60,609 nt of DNA. Source: Hyphomonadaceae bacterium. GTDB lineage: Bacteria > Pseudomonadota > Alphaproteobacteria > Caulobacterales > Hyphomonadaceae. The notes beneath the pieces are model-generated. The model searched no databases. It worked only from the letters and a program-made list of their open reading frames with translations, and was not told the origin of the DNA. Positions 37,013-47,279 of the stretch are shown one piece after another. Position 1 is the stretch's first letter; the number at the start of each line of letters is the position of its first letter. The position numbers and the translations under genes were made by a program. Location of the stretch: NCBI GenBank assembly GCA_041987265.1, contig JBHIWT010000001.1, positions 1 to 60,609 on the forward strand. The letters run 5' to 3'.

Positions 37013-37495
37013 ATGTCGATGATCTGGGCTGGCTTTGCGCTTTTGCTCGTATTCGCCGCAGCAAGCGATGCAGCCCGTTACACGATTCCGAACTGGATTT
37101 CGGCCGCCCTCGTCTTGTTATTCGGACTGACCGCAATTGCCGGACCAGCGCCAGTGGCCAGCTATTGGGATCATCTCGTCGTATTCGCCGTCGTGTTCGG
37201 ACTTGGCTTCGCGCTGTTCCAGTGGACAGGCATGGGCGGCGGGGACGCAAAGCTGGCCGCCGCCATTGGCCTCTGGAGCGGTATTGCCGGGCTGCAGGCG
37301 CTGATGTTGTGGCTCGCCGTTTCGATGGCCGTACTGGTGATTGCGCTGGTGGCGCTACGCCGCATTCCGATGCTGGCGAGCGATCGGGCGCCGCGCGTGC
37401 TTCAGGTTGGCGCACCGGCTCCATTGGGCGTAGCGCTGGCGGCCGCCGCGGTGCTCGCTTCACAGTCTTTCGAAACTGCTCTTTGGTTCGTCTAG
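37013..37495 (+). CDS. cpaA: A24-family prepilin peptidase, CpaA/TadV type
   Basis: The ATG at 37013 follows GGGAGG. AASDAARYTIPNW and GMGGGDAKLAAAIGLW motifs. All-TM small protein. Confidence 0.75.
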   Translation: MSMIWAGFALLLVFAAASDAARYTIPNWISAALVLLFGLTAIAGPAPVASYWDHLVVFAVVFGLGFALFQWTGMGGGDAKLAAAIGLWSGIAGLQALMLWLAVSMAVLVIALVALRRIPMLASDRAPRVLQVGAPAPLGVALAAAAVLASQSFETALWFV

Positions 37496-37502
37496 CCAGA
37501 CG

Positions 37503-38312
37503 CTAGCTGTCGCCCTTCGCGGTCGCGCGGTTTTCGTACGCCTTGGCGTAGAATGACGGGTGGGCGCTCAATGCGGCGTCGAAGTAGGACAACGCTTCGT
37601 CCTTGCGGCCCTGCAGCATCGCCGCATACCCAAAATTGTTTAGTCGGCGCGCCGTCTCGATGGCGTCACCGCCTGCCTGATCTGGAGTCAGCGCTCCGCC
37701 TGCCGTCGCCAGCGCTAGGTCCATATTGGTTGCGGCGGCCTCAAACCCGGGATCGATCTCCAGCGCAACGCGGAACGCTTCTGCCGCAGCAAAACTGTCG
37801 CCGCGGGCCAACAGGGACACACCGTGATTGTTGTGCACGATGGCGGGTGCAGAGCTCGCAAGCAGGGCCTGCGCGTAGGCAATATCCGCGTTGGCCCAGT
37901 TGCCCATGTGATCCCGCGCCTGCGCGAGACCCAGCCAGGCGCGCCAGAGGTCCGGGTTTTCCTCGGTAAGGCTCGCGAAGGTGCGCGCTGCGACGCCATA
38001 TTGCTGCGATGCCAGGGCGATGCGCGCCATTCCCATCAGACCCTGCGTGCGCCATTCAACGATTTCAGCAAGCTGCAGAAACTCAGCGTTCGCGCCTGCA
38101 AGGTCCCCGGAGTGGCGTAGCGCTTCGGCGAGACCGAGTCGCGCCTGGTGATCTTCGGGATCGGTCTCAAGCTGGGTGCGTTGCAGGCTAGCCGCGCGCT
38201 GAAAGTCGCCGCGCTGCATAAGCGTCTGAAACGTCTGATCCGGATTGGCGGCGGCCGTACGCGTCACCGGGCTGATCTCCATTTCCGTCGGCATGCCTTC
38301 GGGAAATTCCAT
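37503..38312 (-). CDS. TPR-repeat protein (start uncertain, see findings)
   Basis: Repeated TPR-like helices (AYAQALL, WRAWLGLAQARDHMGNW, GVAARTFASL). The first ATG is at 38312. An in-frame lipoprotein-like signal lies upstream without a start codon. Confidence 0.7.
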   Translation of the reverse strand: MEFPEGMPTEMEISPVTRTAAANPDQTFQTLMQRGDFQRAASLQRTQLETDPEDHQARLGLAEALRHSGDLAGANAEFLQLAEIVEWRTQGLMGMARIALASQQYGVAARTFASLTEENPDLWRAWLGLAQARDHMGNWANADIAYAQALLASSAPAIVHNNHGVSLLARGDSFAAAEAFRVALEIDPGFEAAATNMDLALATAGGALTPDQAGGDAIETARRLNNFGYAAMLQGRKDEALSYFDAALSAHPSFYAKAYENRATAKGDS

Positions 38313-38368
38313 ATCCGCGAACGAGGGACCGGCGGTTGTCGCGCAGCCCGTTACGAGCGCGGCGGCGA

Positions 38369-39508
38369 TCAGGATCGCAGGTGCTCTTCTTTCACGTTGA
38401 TCGCATCGTCGCGCAGCGAGATGATCGTCGCGTTCGACACTTTCGAGTGGGTGAAGAGCGGCTGTGCGTCGGCGTCGCCAAACTCGAAGCCATGGTCGCC
38501 GCGGCCGGATTCCTGAACGATCAGGACGCCCTGCGCTGCGCCGGTCCAGCCAAAGTCGAGATCGAGGCTGTCGTCGCCGATCGAGGTGAGCACGATGTTC
38601 GAGAGGTTCACGCGTCCGCCGAACAGCTCGATGCCGTCGTCGAAGTTGTAGTGGACCTGGACGTTCGAGACGTTCGTCGCCGCGCCGACGCCGCCCATCG
38701 TGAGGCCGTTGATCTCGTTGCCGGCGCCGATCTCGATGCCGCCGAACTTGATCTGGGCGTAGGAGATGGAGCCCGAGTTGTCGTTGTGCGTCGCGCCGCC
38801 GAAGAGCGCGAAGTCGGCGCCTTCGATTTCAGCTTCGCAAGCCGCGTTCGGGGCCGCCAGTGTGGGGGCCGTGGCGCCGACGGGGCAGTTGTTGATCGGT
38901 GCGCGACCGAGGACGATCAGACCGCCCCATTGCTGGTCAGTGCCTGCGGTGGACGAACCAACGACGTCCTGGCGGCCGGTGAAGACGACCGGCGAGTTCG
39001 ATGAGCCGTTGACGAAGATCTGCGAGCCGCGGTTGACGACGATGTAGTCAGAGGAGGTCGAACCGAAAACGGTGACGCCTTCGTTGAGGATCAGGGTGCC
39101 GGACTGGCGGCCGGCGATCGGCGATGCCGGATCAGCGCCCTGGTCCTGGCCGACGTCGGTGCGGCCGGAGAGCGAGTAGATCACGCCGTCGACATCGTTG
39201 ATCTCGAGCGATGCGCCGGTGATGGTCTGCGGAAGGACACAGTTGCGCTTGGTGCCGTCCGTGGTGGCGATCGTGCCGACGCTGGTCGTGCCGGTCGGGC
39301 AGGAGGCGGCCGGGCCGGATGGCGGCGAAGTCGGCGGCGATGTTGGCGGAGACGTCGGCGGCGATGTCGGCGGAGCGGCTGGCGGCGGCGAGGTCACGAA
39401 AACGCCTTCGCCGGGCGAAGCGACGCCGTCGGAACCTGAGCAGGCCGCGGCAGTGCCGGCTGCAAGACAGGCCAGAAGGGCCGCGCGAACTTGTGGTCTC
39501 GATGTCAT
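38369..39508 (-). CDS. lipoprotein with PT-rich linker and beta-helix-like repeat domain
   Basis: The ATG at 39508 follows GGGAGA. Lipobox MTSRPQVRAALLACLAAGTAAACS. Linker PPAAPPTSPPTSPPTSPPTSPPSGP. Gly/Asn-rich repetitive body. The ORF-track start at 39700 is rejected. Confidence 0.65.
   Translation of the reverse strand: MTSRPQVRAALLACLAAGTAAACSGSDGVASPGEGVFVTSPPPAAPPTSPPTSPPTSPPTSPPSGPAASCPTGTTSVGTIATTDGTKRNCVLPQTITGASLEINDVDGVIYSLSGRTDVGQDQGADPASPIAGRQSGTLILNEGVTVFGSTSSDYIVVNRGSQIFVNGSSNSPVVFTGRQDVVGSSTAGTDQQWGGLIVLGRAPINNCPVGATAPTLAAPNAACEAEIEGADFALFGGATHNDNSGSISYAQIKFGGIEIGAGNEINGLTMGGVGAATNVSNVQVHYNFDDGIELFGGRVNLSNIVLTSIGDDSLDLDFGWTGAAQGVLIVQESGRGDHGFEFGDADAQPLFTHSKVSNATIISLRDDAINVKEEHLRS
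39321..39392. repeat. 12-nt tandem repeat GGCGGNGANGTN (about 4 good and 2 degenerate units) encoding (PPTS)n
   Basis: Units read directly at 39321, 39333, 39345 and 39357, then two degenerate units. Confidence 0.8.
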
Positions 39509-39750
39509 CCTGGTCTCCCTTAAGGACATGTCAGGGCCGAAGGCAGCGCGAAAACTCGCAGGCAGATGAAAGGTGCGTCCGCCATCCCCGCGGCGAGCCC
39601 TATTCCTCGTCCGTGACACCAGCCTCACACTTTGATGACAGTTTTGTTGCCCGCCCCGTTTGTTAACAGGAGGCTCGGGAGTGTTGCCGGGATGCATCAC
39701 TGGGGCGGGGTGAATGATCCGCTTGCTGAAGGCTTTTGATGAGGGGGAGG

Positions 39751-39849
39751 CTGGACCCCAGCGTGCGCTGGGGATGCGTGACTGACGTCACGCTTGCAGT
39801 TCCATAAGCGTCGCGAAGAGACGCGACCCCAGCGCACGCTGGGGTCCAG
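39751..39849. repeat. 99-bp nested palindromic element (REP/MITE-like)
   Basis: Perfect 23-bp terminal inverted repeats CTGGACCCCAGCGTGCGCTGGGG / CCCCAGCGCACGCTGGGGTCCAG. Each arm is itself a hairpin. There are two further internal hairpins (GCGTGAC-TGAC-GTCACGC and GTCGCG-AAGAGA-CGCGAC). Confidence 0.6.
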
Positions 39850-39901
39850 TGAATGCCGGAGCGGGGTTTGACGGTGGTCCCCGTTCGGGGGAGGCGTTGG
39901 G

Positions 39902-42061
39902 TCAGGCCTTGAGGTTGAATCCGGCAGCCTTGCCGGTGGCGGCGAGCGCGAAGGCGTAGTCGAGTGCGGTTTCGCGCAGGCTGGCGAAGCGGCCTGAGAC
40001 GCCGCCATGGCCGGCGTCCATGTTGATCTTGAGGTAATAGGGACCGGCGTTGGGGGCTTCATGGCGCAGGCGGGCGGCCCATTTGGCGGGCTCCCAGTAG
40101 GTCACGCGCGGATCGGTGAGGCCGCCGGTAATGAGAGTCGGCGGGTAGGGCCGGTCCGTCGTCTGGTCGTAGGGCGAATACGCGGCGATGCGCGCATGAG
40201 CGTCTGCGTCCTCGATCGGATTGCCCCATTCAGGCCATTCCGGCGGCGTGAGCGGCAGGGTGTCGTCGGACATGGTGTTGAGCACGTCGACGAAGGGGAC
40301 GGCGGCGATGATTCCCGCGAACAGGTCCGGTTCCGCGTTGGCGATGGCGCCCATCAGCATGCCGCCGGCAGAGCCGCCCATGGCGACGATGTTGGCTTTC
40401 GTGGTGTAGCCGCCTTCGATGAGGCGGTGTGCGGCGGCGATGAAGTCGGTGAAGGTGTTGGTCTTCTTTTCCAGTTTGCCGTCGAGATACCAGCGATAGC
40501 CCTTGGCCATCGAGCCGCGCACGTGGGCCAGGGCATAGATGAAGCCGCGATCGACGAGGCTGAGGCGGGCGGTGCGGAAATCGTCCGGGATGGTGAGGCC
40601 GTAGGCGCCGTAGCCGTAGAGGAGGACCGGGGCGGAACCGTCCAGAGGCGTCGATTTGTGGCGCAGGATGGTGACGGGCACGGTTTCGCCATCCGGCGCA
40701 TGAGCGTCGATACGCTCGACGATGTAGTCTTCGGGCGTGTGGCCGGACGGCACTTCCTGTTGCTTGCGCAGGACGCGTGTGCGGGCGGCCATGTCGTAGT
40801 CATAGACCTGCGCTGGAGTGTCGGGCGCGGAATAGTTGAAGCGTAACTTCAAGGTTTCCCATTCGTGGCCGCCGTGAAGGCCGAGGGAATAGGCGGGGCT
40901 GGTGAAGTCGATGACGTGCTCGGCGCCGTCGGTGCGGTTGCGAATGACGATACGCTCGGCGCCGTTCTCGCGTTCGAGCCGGATGAAATGTTCATGTGTC
41001 GCATCAACGCCGAGGATCAGCGCGCCGGGACGGTGCGGGACGATGTCGGTCCAGTTTTCGGCGCCGGGATTGTCGATCGTTGTGGTGACGATCTTGAAGT
41101 CGAGCGCGTTGTCGCGGTTGGTTGAGATCCAGAAGCGATCGTCGAAGTGAACAAGTTCGTATTCCACGCCCGGTTCGCGGGCTGCGATCAGGCACGGCTG
41201 GGGATCGGCGGCGTCGGCGGGAAAGACATGGGATTCCGACGTCGTGTGGTCATTCGCGGTGATGACGATGAACGCCTGCGAGGTTGTCTTGTGGACGCCG
41301 ACGAAGAAGCCGGGATCGGCTTCGCGGTAGACGAGATCGTCGCCGGGCTGGCCGAGGCGGCGGCGGCGGACGGCGACGGGGCGGGCGTTTTCGTCGCGTT
41401 CGACCCAGTAGATGGTGCGGCTGTCGGCGCCCCAGACGAAATCGCCGTAGGCGGCTTCGATCGCTTCATCGAGATCCTCGTGGGTTTCGAGATCGCGAAT
41501 GCGGATGGTGTAGAATTCCGAGCCCTTGTCGTCGACGGCGTAGGCCAGGAGCTGGTGATCCGGTGAATGAGATACGGTGCGCAAGTCGAAGTAATCGCGG
41601 CCTTTTCCCATTTCCTCGGCGTCCAGCAGGAGCTGTTCGCCTTCCTCGCCGGGTTCAAAGGCGATGGGCGCCGGCTTGCGGGCGTAGATCGGGTATTCGC
41701 CGCCTTCGCGGAAGCGACGGTAATAGGCCCATTGGCCGTCGAGCTGCGGGACGGTGGAATCGTCGTCCTTGATGCGGCCCTTCATCTCTTCGAAGAGTTC
41801 GGTCTGGAGGGCTTCGGTGGGAGCCTCGAGGCGCGCGCGGGTGAAGGCGTTTTCGGCTTCCAGGTAGTCGCGGATGTTCTGAGGCAGGAGCGACGGGTCG
41901 CGCATGACATCGCGCCAGTTGTCGGCGCGCAGCCAGGCGTAGGGGTCGATGCGTTTGGCTCCGTGTTGTTCGATGACGTTTGATTCGTCGCGCGGCGCCT
42001 TTGGCGGCGCGGGTGGTGAGGCGGCGTCTGCCGGCTGCGTCGACAAGGTTGTGTTACTCAT
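39902..42061 (-). CDS. ptrB: oligopeptidase B (S9 prolyl oligopeptidase family)
   Basis: N-terminal beta-propeller domain plus C-terminal catalytic domain with the nucleophile block GGSAGGMLMG. Length is about 719 aa. Confidence 0.9.
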   Translation of the reverse strand: MSNTTLSTQPADAASPPAPPKAPRDESNVIEQHGAKRIDPYAWLRADNWRDVMRDPSLLPQNIRDYLEAENAFTRARLEAPTEALQTELFEEMKGRIKDDDSTVPQLDGQWAYYRRFREGGEYPIYARKPAPIAFEPGEEGEQLLLDAEEMGKGRDYFDLRTVSHSPDHQLLAYAVDDKGSEFYTIRIRDLETHEDLDEAIEAAYGDFVWGADSRTIYWVERDENARPVAVRRRRLGQPGDDLVYREADPGFFVGVHKTTSQAFIVITANDHTTSESHVFPADAADPQPCLIAAREPGVEYELVHFDDRFWISTNRDNALDFKIVTTTIDNPGAENWTDIVPHRPGALILGVDATHEHFIRLERENGAERIVIRNRTDGAEHVIDFTSPAYSLGLHGGHEWETLKLRFNYSAPDTPAQVYDYDMAARTRVLRKQQEVPSGHTPEDYIVERIDAHAPDGETVPVTILRHKSTPLDGSAPVLLYGYGAYGLTIPDDFRTARLSLVDRGFIYALAHVRGSMAKGYRWYLDGKLEKKTNTFTDFIAAAHRLIEGGYTTKANIVAMGGSAGGMLMGAIANAEPDLFAGIIAAVPFVDVLNTMSDDTLPLTPPEWPEWGNPIEDADAHARIAAYSPYDQTTDRPYPPTLITGGLTDPRVTYWEPAKWAARLRHEAPNAGPYYLKINMDAGHGGVSGRFASLRETALDYAFALAATGKAAGFNLKA

Positions 42062-42297
42062 TGACGTGTCGCGTTGCGCGAGGAGGTTTGGCCGCTTGCT
42101 GCGGCTTCACGACTCTATGTGGTGCGACTCGCAGCGCGCCCCAACGGCTGCCGCTGAGTGAGGTGTGAACGAAGCGCTTTGTTCACAGGTTGTGATGGCG
42201 GCCGGCAGGGGATGGGCAGGGGTTAATGAGGGGTAATGCGTGGCGCCGGGTCCCGGAACGGCTGTTGGCCGTCCGGGATGATTGTTGGTGAGGCGCG

Positions 42298-42693
42298 TCA
42301 GTCCTGCGGTTCGAAGTCAAGGACCGCGCCATTGATGCAATAGCGCAGGCCCGTTGTGTTGCGCGGGCCGTCTTCGAAGACGTGGCCCATATGCGAGCCG
42401 CATTTGGCGCAATGGACTTCTGTGCGGGTCATGCCGAGCTTGTTGTCGGTCTTGGTTCCGATCGCGCCTGTATCGGCCGGGCGGTCGAAAGACGGCCAGC
42501 CCGAGCCTGAATCGTACTTGTTGTCCGATACGAACAGGGTCTCGCCGCAGCCGACACACTTATAGAGTCCGGGGCGTTTCTCGTCGTTGAGCGGATTGGA
42601 GAAGGCGCGTTCGGTGCCTTCGCCACAGGCGATGGCGTATTGTTCGGGTGTGAGCCTGGCCTTGAGGTCGTCTCTGGAGGGGGCGTCGGTCAT
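42298..42693 (-). CDS. msrB: peptide-methionine (R)-S-oxide reductase
   Basis: Zn CxxC pairs ([25 protein letters not shown]) and the RYCINGAVL active-site block. Confidence 0.95.
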   Translation of the reverse strand: MTDAPSRDDLKARLTPEQYAIACGEGTERAFSNPLNDEKRPGLYKCVGCGETLFVSDNKYDSGSGWPSFDRPADTGAIGTKTDNKLGMTRTEVHCAKCGSHMGHVFEDGPRNTTGLRYCINGAVLDFEPQD

Positions 42694-42886
42694 CTGAACT
42701 CCCTTGGCGGCGGGTTGGCGAGTTGTTGATATAGGTTCGCCCGGCCCCGCGCCAAGACGGCGAGGCCGGCGATCCTAACGAACCGGGAATTGAGATTAAC
42801 GAAAAACTTGCCAAATGCGATTCGGCTTAAATTCAGCTTAATCGCCATCCGCTATGGTCTGTGCCAATTGCAAGTGGAGTTGGTGA

Positions 42887-45304
42887 GTGGTGGCGTACGA
42901 AGAACAGCGTTTGGCGGCATTGAAGGCGTTCGAGATTCTCGACACTTCCGCTGAACCATCCTTCGATAGGATCGCGCAGCTGGCGGGCGATCTGTTTGAC
43001 GTTCCGATCGCGCTGGTCTCGCTGGTGGATGCCGAGCGGCAATGGTTCAAGGCGCGGGTTGGTCTGGACGCCTGTTCGACGCCCCGTGACATTTCTTTCT
43101 GCACGCACGCAATCGAGATGGGCGAGCGCGCCGTGCTGGTGGTTGAGGATGCGCTCAAAGATGAGCGTTTTGCGTCGAACCCGCTGGTGACCGGCGCGCC
43201 GCATATCCGGTTTTATGCGGGCGCGACGCTGACCACGGCCGGCGGCCACAATCTTGGCACGTTGTGTGTGATCGATACGAAGCCGCGCAGTCCGAGCGAG
43301 CGGGAGCTGGCGCGGCTGAGGAAGCTGGCGCAGATCGTGGTCGATGAAATCGAGCTGGCGTTCGCTGAACGGCAGGCGCGCAAGAAGCAGCGCCTGTTGG
43401 AGCTGGCGGAAAACGTTTCCGGCGCAGGTTACTGGCGGGTCGATCTTGGAACGGGATCGCTGGACTGGTCGGATGCGGTCTACGAGATCCATGGCGTCAC
43501 GCGCGAGACATTTGACACCGGAGTTGATAGCGCGATCGATTTCTATCACCCCGAAGACAGGGCGATGGTGTCCGCGAATATCGACCATGCGATCGCGACG
43601 AAACAGGGGTTTGATTTCCAGCTGCGGTTGATCCGCGCCGACGGGGCGTTGCGCCATGTCGTGTCGAAGGCCGTATGCGAGCTGAATGACAGCGGCGAGG
43701 TCAGCGCGCTGGTGGGCGTGTTCCAGGATATCACGGACCATATCGAGTCGCTGAAGGCGATTGAGTCCAGCGAGGCGCAGTATCGTCTCCTGGCTGAGAA
43801 CTCGACCGACATCATTGCCGAGTTCGACCGCCGCGGAAAGATCAGTTTCGTTTCGCCGGCCTGCCGCACGGTGTTGGGTTACACCGAAGCGGAGATGATC
43901 GGTCAGCGGATGTGGGAGTACATCCATCCCGATGACGCCGAGCAAGTTGCGAGACAGTTTGCGAAGCTGGAACATGCAAAGGCGGGCGAGCGCTCAGTGG
44001 TGGTGCGTTATCGTGCGCGCCGCGCTGACGGTAGCTGGATCTGGCTGGAGGGGCGGCCGGGCGTGAAGCGCGATCCTGAAACGGGCGCGATCGTGTCTTA
44101 TCAGGATTCCGCGCGGGATGTGACGGCGGACGTCGCGGCTGAACACGAACTGGTTGAAGCTCGTCGCGAGGCGGAAGCCGCAGCGCAGGCCAAGGCCGAC
44201 TTCCTTGCGAACATGAGCCATGAATTGCGTACGCCGCTGACGGCGATGCTGGGGTTCGCCAACCTGGTGAAGGACCAGCCGGAGCTGGCGGACACAACGC
44301 GGGTTTACATCGAGCGCGCAGTGACGGCTGGCGAGGCGTTGAGGGCGACGGTGAACGACATTCTCGACTTCTCGGCGCTGGAAGCCGGGCGGGTGGAAAT
44401 CGAACGGTCGCCGGTTCGCGTGGCGACGTGCATTGAGCGTCTCGTCGATCTGTTTGCGCCGCAGGCTGCGGAAAAGGGTCTGGTGCTGTCGGCCGAGCTG
44501 GAGCGCCTGCCCGGTTTTCTGTCGATTGACGAACACCGGATCCGGCAGGTGCTGCTGAACCTGGTGGGCAATGCGGTGAAGTTCACGGACGACGGGTCGA
44601 TCGAACTGGCCGCGAGCTATGACACGAATGCTGCGCGCCTGATGATCTCGGTGTCCGATACAGGTGTCGGGATCGCCGAGGACGCGGTGCAGCGTCTGTT
44701 TCAGCGGTTTTCGCTGGTCGATGCGTCGACGACGCGGAAATATGGCGGCACCGGTCTGGGCCTTGCGATCTGCAAGGGCATTGTCGAGGCGATGGGCGGC
44801 GAGATCGGCGTGGAGAGTTCGCCCGGGGCCGGCTCAAAATTCTGGTTCTCGGTGCCGGCGGAGATCGCGCTCGGGGATGTTGGCGTTGCGGATGACGAGG
44901 CGCGCGGACTGGAGCTGCCGTCGCATTGCCGGGTGCTGGTCGCTGACGACAATGAGTCGGTGCGGACATTGTTGAGCGCGGTGCTGGAAGCGCTGGGCGC
45001 CCAGGTGAAACTGGTCGTCGACGGCGAAGCTGCTGTTGAGGCGGTGATGGAGCAGCCGTTCGATATGATCCTGATGGATCGCATGATGCCAGGTATTGGC
45101 GGAGAGAATGCGGCGCGGAAGATTCGTGAAACGAGCGGTCCGAACCAGGACACGCCGATCGTGGCCCTGACGGCGGACCGCAGCAGGCTTGATGCGCCGG
45201 AGCTTTTTGACGGCGTGGCGGGCAAGCCGCTGGACATGCAGGAACTGGCGCAGGCGATTGCCGGCGCGCTCGGGATTGAACAGGAGTTTGCCGATGTCGC
45301 TTGA
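42887..45304 (+). CDS. GAF-PAS-PAS hybrid sensor histidine kinase with receiver
   Basis: GAF N-terminus ([13 protein letters not shown]...[22 protein letters not shown]). H-box [10 protein letters not shown]-box [14 protein letters not shown] ([10 protein letters not shown]...[11 protein letters not shown]). GTG start. Confidence 0.9.
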   Translation: MVAYEEQRLAALKAFEILDTSAEPSFDRIAQLAGDLFDVPIALVSLVDAERQWFKARVGLDACSTPRDISFCTHAIEMGERAVLVVEDALKDERFASNPLVTGAPHIRFYAGATLTTAGGHNLGTLCVIDTKPRSPSERELARLRKLAQIVVDEIELAFAERQARKKQRLLELAENVSGAGYWRVDLGTGSLDWSDAVYEIHGVTRETFDTGVDSAIDFYHPEDRAMVSANIDHAIATKQGFDFQLRLIRADGALRHVVSKAVCELNDSGEVSALVGVFQDITDHIESLKAIESSEAQYRLLAENSTDIIAEFDRRGKISFVSPACRTVLGYTEAEMIGQRMWEYIHPDDAEQVARQFAKLEHAKAGERSVVVRYRARRADGSWIWLEGRPGVKRDPETGAIVSYQDSARDVTADVAAEHELVEARREAEAAAQAKADFLANMSHELRTPLTAMLGFANLVKDQPELADTTRVYIERAVTAGEALRATVNDILDFSALEAGRVEIERSPVRVATCIERLVDLFAPQAAEKGLVLSAELERLPGFLSIDEHRIRQVLLNLVGNAVKFTDDGSIELAASYDTNAARLMISVSDTGVGIAEDAVQRLFQRFSLVDASTTRKYGGTGLGLAICKGIVEAMGGEIGVESSPGAGSKFWFSVPAEIALGDVGVADDEARGLELPSHCRVLVADDNESVRTLLSAVLEALGAQVKLVVDGEAAVEAVMEQPFDMILMDRMMPGIGGENAARKIRETSGPNQDTPIVALTADRSRLDAPELFDGVAGKPLDMQELAQAIAGALGIEQEFADVA

Positions 45305-45788
45305 ACGCGTTGGCCGCCGTATTCTTGTTGTGGATGACGATCCCGGCGTGCGGGAATTGCTGCTCACCCGGTTGCAGGTCGCCGGCTATTCGGTGACGGC
45401 GGCGCGCGACGGCGCCGAGGCGCTGGAGCTGGTGAAGATGGTGTCACCGGCGGCGATGGTGCTGGACCTCAACATGCCCGGCACGGACGGGTTTGAAGTT
45501 CTGAGCGCGCTGCAGCTGAATCAGGCGACGGCGCGGTTGCCGGTGATGGTTCTGACCGCGCGCAACGCGCCGGACGATGTGAAGCGCGTGTTGCAGTTGG
45601 GCGCGCGCGATTACCTGGCCAAGCCGTTTGACGACCAGATGTTGCTGGCCCGCGTCGCCCGGTTGCTGCGCAAGCGCACGCCGGTTGCGGCTCAGCAGGT
45701 TGACGCGGCGCCCAAGGCGAAGCCTCAGCCGGCGCCGGTTGTCGAGCCTGACGCTGATGCGGACGCTGACAACACGATGCTGATCTGA
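45294..45788 (+). CDS. single-domain CheY-like response regulator with Pro/Ala/Asp-rich tail
   Basis: The ATG at 45294 follows CAGGAG and overlaps the kinase stop. [12 protein letters not shown]...[10 protein letters not shown]...ARDYLAKPF. Confidence 0.85.
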   Translation: MSLERVGRRILVVDDDPGVRELLLTRLQVAGYSVTAARDGAEALELVKMVSPAAMVLDLNMPGTDGFEVLSALQLNQATARLPVMVLTARNAPDDVKRVLQLGARDYLAKPFDDQMLLARVARLLRKRTPVAAQQVDAAPKAKPQPAPVVEPDADADADNTMLI

Positions 45789-45806
45789 CGTGGGTGCGGC
45801 TTGCGC

Positions 45807-47279
45807 TCAGGGGCGGTCGTCCGGCGCGAGGGGCATTTCGGGGCTGTCGCCAGACGCAAATGGCGTGAACGCCGGAACGGGTTCGGCAGTGCGGACCTGT
45901 TCGAGCCAGAAGACGCCGTCGTAGGGATTGGAATTGCCGCGGGTCAGCGCGAAGTCGATGTCGCCGTCGGCGTCGATGTCCTTTGCGATGAACTTGTCGA
46001 ACATGCCGCGTTCGCGACGCGAGATGTCGTGGCGTGTCCATGCGCCTGTTGCATCACCGGGGTTTTCAAACCAGCCGAGGCGGCCGAAGGGCGTGTCGAG
46101 CGGCAGGGCTTCGTCGTCGCGGTCGCGAGCGCCGGCGGAATAGCCGCCGGAGATGACGTCCAGGTCGCCGTCGCTGTCGATGTCGGCTAGTTCGATACCA
46201 ATCATCCAGTCGGGGCCGAAGGTTCCGATGATGTGCGTGGTCCAGGGCTGGGAGAGGTCGGCGGGCTGTTCGAGCCAGGCGAGACCGTCGGTGAAGACGA
46301 TGTCGTCGTGGGTGGCGGTGATGATGTCGGTGCGGCCGTCGGCGTTCATGTCGGCGAAGGCGAAGTTGAAGCCGCCGAAGGCTTCTTCGCTGGGCGTTAT
46401 GGGCAGTTCGGTGAAGTTGGCGGCGCCGTCATTCTGAAAGAGGACGATGCGCGGGCCGACGCGGACGCCGCCGATTATGTCGAGATCGCCATCTGAATCG
46501 ATGTCGACGGGATGGGCGTTCTGAGGGATCAGGTAGCGGCCAAGTTCCTGCTCCCGCCAGCTTTCGGCGGCCAGCGGGTCGCCGTCGACATGGAAGACCG
46601 AGATGGCGGTGGGTTCGGCGGTGGCCGGGTCGGGATTCTGTTCGCCCTTGTTGGCGGTGGCGGCTTCGGGCCTTCCGTCTCCGTTGAAGTCGGCGAGGAA
46701 GACGCGGATGAAGGAGCCGCGGTTCAGGGTCTGCGGGATGATCAGGCGATCCCAATGTTCGCTGCGCGCATTCGGGCCGGGATTCTGGAAGTAGATCAGG
46801 TGGGCCAGTTCGGCTGAGGCGATGATGTCGAGGTGACCGTCGCCGTTGACGTCGGCGATGGCGGCGTCTTCGGGCGCGCCGGCTTCGGGGCCTTCGGCGA
46901 GGGTGATGTTTTCCCACATGTCGGGATCATCGGAGCCGAAGGCGATGCGGATATAGCCGTCGGCCTCGCCGTCGTATTCGGTGTCGGATTCATGGACGGT
47001 GACGATGTCGTCGAAGCCGTCGCCGTCGAGATCAGCCATGGCGAGGCCGTCGCCGCCGGAGAGCGGGATCGGCAGATCGGCGCCGTTGTCGATGACGTGT
47101 TCGCGCCAGGAGATGTACTCGCCTGTTGGCGTCTGCGCGGTGGTGAGTTGCTGGCCGACGCCCTCTCCGCTTGCCGGTTGCGGGGGAGCGGCGGGGGAGT
47201 CGCTTGTGTCAGGCGAAGGCGTGCATGCGGCAAGGAGTGTTGCGAGCGCTGTGGCGGCGGTCAGGCGTGCGATGGACAT
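45807..47279 (-). CDS. FG-GAP/VCBS-repeat lipoprotein
   Basis: Lipobox ATLLAAC. About seven Ca-binding-like repeats: ADLDGDGFDDIV, ADVNGDGHLDII, ADFNGDGRPEA, VDIDSDGDLDII, ADMNADGRTDII, ADIDSDGDLDVI, KDIDADGDIDFA. Confidence 0.8.
   Translation of the reverse strand: MSIARLTAATALATLLAACTPSPDTSDSPAAPPQPASGEGVGQQLTTAQTPTGEYISWREHVIDNGADLPIPLSGGDGLAMADLDGDGFDDIVTVHESDTEYDGEADGYIRIAFGSDDPDMWENITLAEGPEAGAPEDAAIADVNGDGHLDIIASAELAHLIYFQNPGPNARSEHWDRLIIPQTLNRGSFIRVFLADFNGDGRPEAATANKGEQNPDPATAEPTAISVFHVDGDPLAAESWREQELGRYLIPQNAHPVDIDSDGDLDIIGGVRVGPRIVLFQNDGAANFTELPITPSEEAFGGFNFAFADMNADGRTDIITATHDDIVFTDGLAWLEQPADLSQPWTTHIIGTFGPDWMIGIELADIDSDGDLDVISGGYSAGARDRDDEALPLDTPFGRLGWFENPGDATGAWTRHDISRRERGMFDKFIAKDIDADGDIDFALTRGNSNPYDGVFWLEQVRTAEPVPAFTPFASGDSPEMPLAPDDRP

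Noticed and set aside
36507-37463. 318-aa minus-strand ORF
   Set aside because: It spans the ALDH 3' end and the whole cpaA gene in antisense, and has an Arg/Pro-rich shadow-frame composition.
39697-40062. 121-aa minus-strand ORF
   Set aside because: It covers the 99-bp palindromic element and the 3' end of ptrB. It is Pro/Ser/Thr-rich noise with no start context.
42251-42278. Imperfect hairpin downstream of msrB as a terminator
   Set aside because: The stem has a bulge and there is no T-run on the minus strand, so it is not distinguishable from a chance GC-rich palindrome.
42833-43975. 380-aa minus-strand ORF
   Set aside because: It lies antisense to the GAF-PAS region of the hybrid kinase, which has clear domain signatures.
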